Assembly (NCBI GenBank): GCA_963744725.1
Contig: CAVUUQ010000002.1
Coordinates: 760,541 to 824,540 of the forward strand
Source: an uncultured Actinomycetes bacterium
Lineage (GTDB): Bacteria > Actinomycetota > Thermoleophilia > Solirubrobacterales > 70-9
DNA length: 64,000 nucleotides
Reading direction: 5' to 3'
The number at the start of each line of letters is the position of its first letter. The first letter of the stretch is position 1. Under the pieces are notes generated by a model, which ran no database searches, was not told the DNA's origin, and saw nothing but the letters and a program-made list of their open reading frames with translations. Below, one piece after another: positions 54,929 through 62,577 of the stretch. The position numbers were made by a program, and so were the translations under genes.

Positions 54929-55883
54929 TCAGCCGGCGCCGAGCCAGCGGCGTGCACGAGCGAGGTCGCCCTCGCGGCGCAGGCGGCGGCGCTCGCGCGA
55001 CGCGTACGGCAGCCGGCCGAGGCCTTCGAGCTTGCCGCGCAGGGTGGCGCCGAGCCGTCGCTGCCCCGCGGCGCGGACGAGCGAGCCGGCCTCAACCGCG
55101 GCGATCCGCGGCAGCGCCGAGGCCGGCACGAACTTGGCCTGGGTGACGAGGCGGTTGCGGGCGACCAACCTCGCGTTCCAGGCGGTTGGCCGCGCCGCCG
55201 ACGCCAGCCAGGAGGCATTGCCGAGGTGCCAGGCGACAGCCGCCGGCTCGTAGGCGAATCGCCAGCCGGCAACCTGGGCCCGCACGTTCAGGCCGACATC
55301 CTCGTAGAAGGAGAAGTAGCTCTCGTCGTAGCCGCCGAGCGCGGCGAACAGCGCCCGTCGCAGTAAGCAGGCGGCGCCGCAGACGCCGAAGACCTCGCGC
55401 GGCCGCCGAGTCGCGGGCCCCTGCGCCTCTCCCGCGCCGATCTCGTAGCGCCCGGCCGTCCGCGGTCAGCGCCATCCCGGCGCTGTACAGCCGCGCCTTC
55501 TCGGCGTCGCGCCCCTCCCCCTCGAGCTGCAGGATCCGCGGCTGAACGCCACCGAGGCCCGGGTCGGCGTCCAGCGCGGCGACCAGCGCGTCCAGCGCCC
55601 CTGCGGCCAGCTCGGCGTCGGCGTTCAGCGCTAGGACAAGCGGCGCCGTCGTCCGCGCCACGCCGAGGTTGACGGCGGCGGCGAAGCCGCGGTTCTCCGG
55701 CAGCGCGAGGTGCTCGACGCCACGTTCGCGGAGCAGCTCGAGCGTGCCGTCGCGCGACCCGTTGTCGACTACCAGCAGCTCGACGCCGTCGCCCTGCGCG
55801 GCGACCGAGTCGAGGCAGCGCGGCAGCAGCTCGACCGAGTTCCAGCTGGGAATGACGACCGCGGCGGTCGAGCCCTCGCCCAT
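54929..55883 (-). pseudogene. Family 2 glycosyltransferase, disrupted by a frameshift near 55447-55452
   Basis: N-terminal frame: MGEGSTAAVVIPSWNSVELLPRCLDS...VVDNGSRDGT...NRGFAAAVNLG...ALNADAEL...LYSAGMALTADGRA. The continuation YEIGAGEAQGPATRRPREVFGVCGAACLLRRALFAALGGYDESYFSFYEDVGLNVRAQVAGWRFAYEPAAVAWHLG is in a different frame. Confidence 0.75.
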
Positions 55884-55903
55884 CGTGGGTAGCCTTGCAC
55901 GCC

Positions 55904-56791
55904 ATGAGCACTCTCGGCGAAACCGACCGCCCGACCAAGACCGAGTCCGAGCAGCGCCCGCAGTCGCCCGACTACCTGGCGGCGCGCGCAGTCTTCGCCG
56001 AGAGCTTCCTCTTCGGCGAGGGCCTCGAGATCGGGCCCCTGCACCAGCCGCTGGCGACGCCGCGGGACGCGCGTGCCCGCTACGTCGACCGAATGCCGGT
56101 CGAGGAGCTGCGCCGCGAGTACCCCGAGTTGGCGACCTGGGACCTGACCGAGCCCGACATCGTCGACGACGGCGAGACGCTGGCGACGGTCGCGCCGGAG
56201 AGCCAGGACTTCATCGTCGCCAATCACTTCCTCGAGCACACCGAGGACCCGATCGGGACGATCCTCACCCACCTCTCGAAATTGAGGCCGGGCGGGATCC
56301 TCTTCTACGCGGTGCCGGACAAGCGCTACACCTTCGACTTCCGACGCCCCGCCACCCCGCTCGACCATATGGTCGCCGACCACGAGCAGGGCGCCGAGCG
56401 GTCGCGGCGCGAGCACTACGAGGAGTGGTCACGGCTGGTGATCGATCCGGACGCCGAGGACGGCAAGGATTGGCAGGAGCGGGCTGAGGAGCTGCGAGAC
56501 GTCGGCTACTCGATCCACATGCACACCTGGGGCGAAGCCGAGTTCCTGCGGCTGGTGCTCGAGTGCCGCGAGCGCTCCGACGGAGACTTCGACCTCGTCG
56601 CCGCCGCCCACCAGGGCCTCGAGTTCATCGTCGTCCTCCGCAAACGGGGCGCTCTCCCGGCGCCGGGACCGGACTCCCAGTGGGTGGTCCGCAACCCGCC
56701 CCCGGCGCCGTCCCAGCCCGACCCCGGCATGCGCCGCCGCATCCGGCGGGCGCTGCAGTCGGCCAAACGCGAGATCGTCCGCGAGTACTAG
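55904..56791 (+). CDS. SAM-dependent methyltransferase-like protein
   Basis: 295 aa from the ATG at 55904 (the track start at 55895 is TTG). Contains GLEIGPLHQPL...DFIVANHFLEHTEDPIGTILTHLSKLRPGGILFYAVPD, a Methyltransf_11/23-like core lacking a classical GxGxG. Confidence 0.6.
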   Translation: MSTLGETDRPTKTESEQRPQSPDYLAARAVFAESFLFGEGLEIGPLHQPLATPRDARARYVDRMPVEELRREYPELATWDLTEPDIVDDGETLATVAPESQDFIVANHFLEHTEDPIGTILTHLSKLRPGGILFYAVPDKRYTFDFRRPATPLDHMVADHEQGAERSRREHYEEWSRLVIDPDAEDGKDWQERAEELRDVGYSIHMHTWGEAEFLRLVLECRERSDGDFDLVAAAHQGLEFIVVLRKRGALPAPGPDSQWVVRNPPPAPSQPDPGMRRRIRRALQSAKREIVREY

Positions 56792-56803
56792 GGGCCCGCC
56801 TCC

Positions 56804-58477
56804 CTAGGCGGGGCAGACCCAGGCTTGCTGGCCGGCCTGGACGTGGACGAACCACGGGTATTCCGGCGCCTTGTCCTCGGGGACGGTCAGTTCCATCTCG
56901 GCCCCCCCTGGCAAGCTGACGAGCTGCACCGGGTATTCGCCCTGGGAGAAGCGCCGCATCGAAACCGCGGCTTCGCCGCCGGGGGCGACGAAGATGCGGG
57001 CCTTGCCGGGCCCGACGGGCGTCTCCGGCACTGCGATGCCGCCGGGCGGGATCGCGGTGCAGGCGGACCCGGTCACCTCCCCGGGTTCGTAGCCGTCGAG
57101 CACGGTGGTGGTGCTGAGCGGCAGCGCCTGCGAGAGGACGACGTCCCCCCAATGGCGCCCGACCTCCGGTGCATCGGCGAGTTCGGACGGCGAGTAGCCG
57201 GCCGAGCCGTGCTCGCGGACTGCCGGCAGGTAGTCGCCGCCGTTGACGTTGATCAGGGAGGGAGTGCCGGCGACTTCGGGAGCGAGCACGAATTCCGGCT
57301 TGACGGTGTTTTCCGCGATGTCGATCGCGCCGGTGTCGGCGCGGGTCAGCACCGTCTGTTCCTTCAACCAGTCGTAGCCGTCCTTGAGCTGGGCGAGATT
57401 CGGCATCACCGCCAGCACCGTGACCGCGGCCCCGATCCACAGCGCGCGCTTGCCGAGGCGGATGCCCTGGGCGGAGAACAGCTCGATCCCGAGCAGCAGG
57501 ACGAAGGCGACGCCGGCGTAGACGTAGCGGACCGAGGTCGCTTCGCGGCCGGGGATGAAGTTGAAGGCGGCCAGCAGCCAGAAGCTCAAGGCCGCGGCCG
57601 CGATCGGCCAGAAGGTCCGCGGGACGCCCGGCCGTCGCCACTGACCGTAGATCGCCAGCGCGATTGCCGCCACCGCCAGCGCCGGGCCCCAGGCGGAAGG
57701 TCCGGCTGCGCCGGAGAGCGGGGCGTTGGAGAGGCCGAACAGCGAGGCCAGCGCCGAGCCGATCCCTTCGAACGTGTAGACGGGCGACTCGAGCAGGTTC
57801 CGCAGCGTCAGGTGATGTTCGGCGTCGTGACCCCAGCCGCCGTACCAGACGACGTAGAGGACCGCCGGGATCGCGACGATCCAGAGCCGGGCCCAGCCGC
57901 GCTCGCGGTGGGCGAGGCCGACCGCCACCAGCGCCGCCAACCAGAAGGACAGCCCGAGGCTGCCGAACCCGATCGAGATCAGCAGCAGCACGCAAGCCCA
58001 GACGTCGCCGGCCCGATCTTCGCGTTCGAGCACCAGCAGCATCCCCAGCCCGGCGGCGAACGGGGCGGTGAACTCCATCTCGAACGGCCAAAGCAGGATC
58101 TGCCAGGCCGAGCCGAGAAAGAGCAGGACCACCGCGGCGAAGAGCGCCAGCCAGGGCCCGACCCGGCGCTTGGCGTAGACGTAGAGGAGCGCCCCCGAGG
58201 CGAGCAGCGTCACCGTCATGAACAGCATTTCCGGGCGCGCCGAGGTCATCCCGAAGACCTCGACGAGCAGCTTCTCGACCGCCACCTGGAAGACGATCAG
58301 GTGCTCGTTGTGCGGGGCGAGGAAGGAGTGGGCGTCGAACGGCTGCCGTTCGAGCAGCACCGCCCAGGCGTCCTGGAAGAAGGTCAGCTGCCAGCCGAGC
58401 GCGATCAGCAGGACCGCGGCGGCCAGCAGGGCCCCGATCAGGAGCAGATCCGGTTCTAGTCGCCGCCGCCAAGCCAT
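56804..58477 (-). CDS. Polytopic membrane protein with ~190-aa C-terminal extracytoplasmic domain, unrecognised family (paralog of 62574->64000)
   Basis: 557 aa from MAWRRRLEPDLLLIGALLAAAVLL (ATG 58477). About 10 TM segments, then the soluble tail LKEQTVLTRADTGAIDIAEN...PWFVHVQAGQQAWVCPA. Confidence 0.7.
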   Translation of the reverse strand: MAWRRRLEPDLLLIGALLAAAVLLIALGWQLTFFQDAWAVLLERQPFDAHSFLAPHNEHLIVFQVAVEKLLVEVFGMTSARPEMLFMTVTLLASGALLYVYAKRRVGPWLALFAAVVLLFLGSAWQILLWPFEMEFTAPFAAGLGMLLVLEREDRAGDVWACVLLLISIGFGSLGLSFWLAALVAVGLAHRERGWARLWIVAIPAVLYVVWYGGWGHDAEHHLTLRNLLESPVYTFEGIGSALASLFGLSNAPLSGAAGPSAWGPALAVAAIALAIYGQWRRPGVPRTFWPIAAAALSFWLLAAFNFIPGREATSVRYVYAGVAFVLLLGIELFSAQGIRLGKRALWIGAAVTVLAVMPNLAQLKDGYDWLKEQTVLTRADTGAIDIAENTVKPEFVLAPEVAGTPSLINVNGGDYLPAVREHGSAGYSPSELADAPEVGRHWGDVVLSQALPLSTTTVLDGYEPGEVTGSACTAIPPGGIAVPETPVGPGKARIFVAPGGEAAVSMRRFSQGEYPVQLVSLPGGAEMELTVPEDKAPEYPWFVHVQAGQQAWVCPA

Positions 58478-58525
58478 GGGGGGCGCGAGTCTAACTTTCC
58501 GGCTCGTCTGATAATCCACCGCTCC

Positions 58526-60388
58526 GTGACGCGGGTGGGCAAGCGCATCGAACTGAGCGGGGAGCGGATCGCGATCCTGGCGCTGCTGGCGCTGGCCGCG
58601 ATCGGGCTGCTGCTCGGGATCCTCGAACCGCCGCCGGAAGGCGTCCACGGCGGACGCGCCGAACAACTACTCGACCTGGTGCGGACGGTCGGCACCGCCG
58701 CCCTGGCGATCGCCGTCCTGCTCGGGCCCGGTGTGATCTGGAAGGCGACCTCACCGCCCGGCAAACCGGTCGGGCTGGCTTTCGTCGCCCTACCGGGCCT
58801 GCTGCTGCTCTTCCTGGTTGGCATCCTGGCCTGGGTGCTGGGCGGGTCTCTGGCGCCGCGCGACACCTGCCTCGCGGTGGTTGCCCCGGTGCTGGCGGCG
58901 CTGATCTTCGCCGCCCTGGCCGGCACGCAGGAGGACGTCTTCGAACCGGAGGAGCGCCGCACGCTGCTGATCGTCGGCTGCGTGCTCGGCCTGGCGATCG
59001 CCAGGGCGCTCTGGTCGCTGGGGCCGGAGGGCGAACTGTACGCCGGCACGATCTCCCGCTCGCTCGAGGTCGGCGACCGCTCCGACAGCCGCATCTCCTT
59101 CATCCTGCCGCAGCTGGTCGCAAACCACGCCGGCCCCTACAGCCCGTTCGCGACCGAAATGTTCCTGCCCTACAACTTCTCCAGCCGCGGCCCGGTGCCG
59201 GGGCTGGCGAGCACCCCGGTCGTCCTGCTGGCCGGCGGCCACCCGCCCGAGTCGTTCCCCGAACAGCCGTGGTCGCCGTTCGACTACGGCGGCTTCGCCG
59301 CGTACCGGATCGCGATGATGGTTTTCGCCTGCACCGCCTTCCTCGCCCTCTGGGATCTGACCAGGCGACTGCTGGGGACGATGGCGGCGCGGCTCGGCCT
59401 GCTGCTGGCGGCCACCACGCCGTTCCTCGTCCACGAGGTCTGGTTCACCTGGCCGAAGATGCTGGCGGCGGCGCTGGTCCTGGCGGCCGCGATCTGCGTC
59501 ATCGAGCGCCGCCCCTTCGCCGCCGGCCTGCTCGCCGGCCTCGGCTACCTGATGCACCCGGTGGCGCTGCTCTCGCTGCCGGTTCTCGGCCTGTTGGCGC
59601 TCTGGCCGCTGCGCGGGGCGCGCTGGAACCGGCCCCGGATCATGCAGGGCGTCGGCATCGTCGCGGGGCTGGCGGTCTTCCTGCTCGCCTGGCGCCTCTA
59701 CAACGGCTCCCACTACGACCAGAACCAGTTCATCGAATACTTCCGCAACGCGGGAATCGTCCTGCGGCCGACGATCCCGCACTGGATCCACTACCGGCTC
59801 GATTCGCTGGGGAACACCGTCGTGCCGCTGCTGCTCCCGCTCGGCTCGGCCGACAGCCAATCGATCAACGTCGTCGGCGGCACCTCCCCCGGCGTCGTCC
59901 ACTTCTTCTTCCAGTACTGGAACACGGTCCCGTTCGGCTTCGCGATCGTCTTCCTGCCGATGTTGCTGGTCGGCCTCTGGCGGGCGTTGCGGCGCTGGCC
60001 CTGGGCGACCACGGCGACCGTGCTGATCCCGTTCTTCCTCTTCGTCGTCTACTGGGGCTCCTCGACCGCCGGGCTGATGCGCGAGGGGCTGCAGACCTGG
60101 GCGCTGACCGTCGTCATCGTCCTCGCCTGCGAGCAGGCGGCGAGCGGCTTCGGCTGGCTGCGCTCGACCCCGGCACGGCTGGTGCTGATGCTGCGCGCGG
60201 TCGAGGTCTTCGCGGTAGCCGCGGTGCCGACGCTGGCGACCCGCCACGAAGTCGTCGCCAGCCTCTATCCGGTCACCGACACGGTCGCGTTCGTCGCGAT
60301 GACCGCTCTTTCCGCCATGCTCGGCGTGTTGGTCTGGAAGCTGAAACCGCCGTCAGACCCAATCCCCCACAACCGGGCTCCACGCTAG
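58526..60388 (+). CDS. Large (~16 TM) polytopic membrane protein, unrecognised family (candidate GT-C-like enzyme or polymerase)
   Basis: 620 aa with a GTG start. Hydrophobic throughout, with short loops such as LEVGDRSDSRISF and NGSHYDQNQFIEYFRN. It is divergent from 56804-58477 and sits directly upstream of wzt. Confidence 0.7.
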   Translation: MTRVGKRIELSGERIAILALLALAAIGLLLGILEPPPEGVHGGRAEQLLDLVRTVGTAALAIAVLLGPGVIWKATSPPGKPVGLAFVALPGLLLLFLVGILAWVLGGSLAPRDTCLAVVAPVLAALIFAALAGTQEDVFEPEERRTLLIVGCVLGLAIARALWSLGPEGELYAGTISRSLEVGDRSDSRISFILPQLVANHAGPYSPFATEMFLPYNFSSRGPVPGLASTPVVLLAGGHPPESFPEQPWSPFDYGGFAAYRIAMMVFACTAFLALWDLTRRLLGTMAARLGLLLAATTPFLVHEVWFTWPKMLAAALVLAAAICVIERRPFAAGLLAGLGYLMHPVALLSLPVLGLLALWPLRGARWNRPRIMQGVGIVAGLAVFLLAWRLYNGSHYDQNQFIEYFRNAGIVLRPTIPHWIHYRLDSLGNTVVPLLLPLGSADSQSINVVGGTSPGVVHFFFQYWNTVPFGFAIVFLPMLLVGLWRALRRWPWATTATVLIPFFLFVVYWGSSTAGLMREGLQTWALTVVIVLACEQAASGFGWLRSTPARLVLMLRAVEVFAVAAVPTLATRHEVVASLYPVTDTVAFVAMTALSAMLGVLVWKLKPPSDPIPHNRAPR

Positions 60389-60391
60389 CGT

Positions 60392-61723
60392 GTGAGAGCC
60401 CTCGCGAGAGGGCGCCCCGAAGAAATGACCTCCACGCCGCTCGAAAACGCGCTCGCGAGCTCTCGCGCCTCCCGTCGCGATTCGTTCGGGCCGACCGCAA
60501 TCCAGGTCGAAGACCTGCACAAGTACTTCCGCATCCCGATCCAGCGGGTCGATTCTCTGAAAGAGCGGGCGGTGCACCCATTTGCCTCGCGCGACTACCG
60601 TGAGCTCAGAGCGCTCAACGGGATCTCCTTCGAGATCCGCCAAGGCGAGTTCTTCGGGATCGTCGGCCGCAACGGCTCGGGCAAGAGCACGCTGCTGAAG
60701 CTCCTCGCCAGCATCTATCGCGCGGACTCGGGCACGATCCGGATCGCCGGCCGCCTGGCCCCGTTCATCGAGCTCGGCGTCGGCTTCAATCACGAGCTGA
60801 CCGCCCGCGAGAACGTCGTCCTCAACGGCGTGATGATGGGTCTGACGCCGAAGGAGATGCGATCCCGCCTCGACCAGGTGATTGACTTCGCCGAGTTGCG
60901 CGAGTTCGCCGACCTGAAGCTGAAGAACTACTCCTCGGGGATGATGGTGCGGCTGGCCTTCTCAGTGATGATGGAGGCTGATGCCGACGTGCTGCTGATC
61001 GACGAGGTGCTCGCGGTCGGCGATGCCTCGTTCCAGCAGAAATGCGCGGATGCCTTTCACCAGATGAAATCGGAAGGCAAGACGATCGTTCTCGTCACCC
61101 ACGAGATGGGAGCCGTAGAAACGTACTGCCACCGCGCGATGCTCCTCGCCGACGGCGAGATCAAGCACGTTGGAGATCCGGCGGAGACCGGGCGGGAATA
61201 TCTCAAGTTGAACTTCACCGGCGAGGCAGCGGTCGAGGAGCCGGAGCCACTCGAGGGGGATGACGACGAAGAGGACGAGCAGCGGAGCGAGAAAGGGGAG
61301 GGTGCTCGCCTCCTCAGCACGCGAATCGAGAACGCGGCGGGAGATGAGACGACGACCCTGGAGTTGGGGGAGCCGATTCGCGTCGCGCTTGAGCTGGAAC
61401 TCCTGCAGAAGGTTCCCGGCCTGCACGTGGGCCTGGTGATCGCCAACGCGGACGACATCTCGCTCTTCGAAGTGGGTATTCCGGTCCAGTCGAGGGACGG
61501 GTACGACATCAAGGGCGACAAGGTCTCGGTTACCACCACCATCCAGAACCCGCTCGGCACCGGACGCCACTTCATCCACTGTGGCGTGCAGAGCCCCTTT
61601 GGCATCTCGGTCTATAAGGAGAAAGTGGCGAGCTTCGTCATCTTCGGCTCCCAGAGCTCTCCCGGGTTGATTGCTCCCGCGAGCGAATCCGAAGCCGTGA
61701 TCGAGGGCGAGGAGACGTCGTGA
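60392..61723 (+). CDS. wzt: Polysaccharide ABC-transporter ATP-binding protein Wzt/TagH type, with C-terminal beta-sandwich (Wzt_C-like) domain
   Basis: 443 aa (GTG at 60392 or ATG at 60425). Walker A GRNGSGKSTLLK, signature YSSGMMVRLAF, Walker B LLIDEVLAVGD, an acidic linker, then a ~150-aa domain LLSTRIENAAGDETTTLELGEPIRVALELELL... Confidence 0.9.
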   Translation: MRALARGRPEEMTSTPLENALASSRASRRDSFGPTAIQVEDLHKYFRIPIQRVDSLKERAVHPFASRDYRELRALNGISFEIRQGEFFGIVGRNGSGKSTLLKLLASIYRADSGTIRIAGRLAPFIELGVGFNHELTARENVVLNGVMMGLTPKEMRSRLDQVIDFAELREFADLKLKNYSSGMMVRLAFSVMMEADADVLLIDEVLAVGDASFQQKCADAFHQMKSEGKTIVLVTHEMGAVETYCHRAMLLADGEIKHVGDPAETGREYLKLNFTGEAAVEEPEPLEGDDDEEDEQRSEKGEGARLLSTRIENAAGDETTTLELGEPIRVALELELLQKVPGLHVGLVIANADDISLFEVGIPVQSRDGYDIKGDKVSVTTTIQNPLGTGRHFIHCGVQSPFGISVYKEKVASFVIFGSQSSPGLIAPASESEAVIEGEETS

Positions 61724-62577
61724 GCGCGCCGATCGAGCCGTCTCAACTTCAAACCGTGAACGGCCCGTCGGCCCTTGGCGGCGGTTTTCGCCGATTCAGG
61801 GACCTGCTGCTGTTGATGTCCGTGACGGAGTTCAAGCGCGTCTACTTCGGCACGGTCCTCGGCTACCTCTGGTCTTTGATCCGGCCGCTGCTGCTCTTCG
61901 GGGTCCTGCTCTTCGTCTTCACCAAGGTGTTCCGCGTCGGCAGCGAACACGTCGAACACTATGCGGTGATGCTGCTGCTCGGCATCGTCCTGTTCACCTT
62001 CTTCCAGGAATCGTCCGGCGCCGCTGTCACGTCGGTCCTGGCGCAGGAGGGAGTGGTGCGCAAGACGCAGTTCCCGCGACTCGTGATTCCGCTGTCGACC
62101 GTTCTCACCAGCCTCTTCAATCTCTGTCTCAACCTGATCGTGGTGCTGGCGTTCGTGCTGGCGTTCGGCGTCTCACCCGTGTGGAGTTGGCTGCTGTTCC
62201 CGGTCGCCCTCGCGCTCCTCTTCGCCTTCACCTGCGCCGTTGGCATGGCGCTCTCGGTGCTCTACGTGAGGTTTCGCGACGTCGCGATCATCTGGGCCGT
62301 CGTCTCCCAGGTGCTTCTCTACATGACGCCGATCCTCTATCCGGTCGACGCCTTCAACAACGCCACCTACGAACACCTCCTGATGATCAACCCGTTGGCG
62401 GTGATCTTCACCGAGGTCCGTATCTGGATCCTCCACGAAGCCGGCGCGCCGACCGCACTCGAAAGCGCCGGCGGCTGGCTCGGTCTGCTGCCCGCGATCG
62501 CGATCTTCGTCGGCGTCTGCATCTACGGGGCCTGGATCTTCCAGCGCGAAGCGCCGCGAATCGCCGAGGCCCTCTAG
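61720..62577 (+). CDS. wzm: ABC-2 type polysaccharide export permease Wzm/TagG type
   Basis: 285 aa. The GTG overlaps the wzt stop (GTGA). Contains FKRVYFGTVLGYLWSLIRPLLLFGVLLFVF and six TM segments. Confidence 0.88.
   Translation: MSAPIEPSQLQTVNGPSALGGGFRRFRDLLLLMSVTEFKRVYFGTVLGYLWSLIRPLLLFGVLLFVFTKVFRVGSEHVEHYAVMLLLGIVLFTFFQESSGAAVTSVLAQEGVVRKTQFPRLVIPLSTVLTSLFNLCLNLIVVLAFVLAFGVSPVWSWLLFPVALALLFAFTCAVGMALSVLYVRFRDVAIIWAVVSQVLLYMTPILYPVDAFNNATYEHLLMINPLAVIFTEVRIWILHEAGAPTALESAGGWLGLLPAIAIFVGVCIYGAWIFQREAPRIAEAL

Noticed and set aside
62574-62577. Shared CTAG stop tetranucleotide of the convergent wzm and membrane-protein genes as a regulatory feature
   Set aside because: A 4-nt convergent overlap through palindromic stop codons is common in compact high-GC genomes and needs no special explanation.
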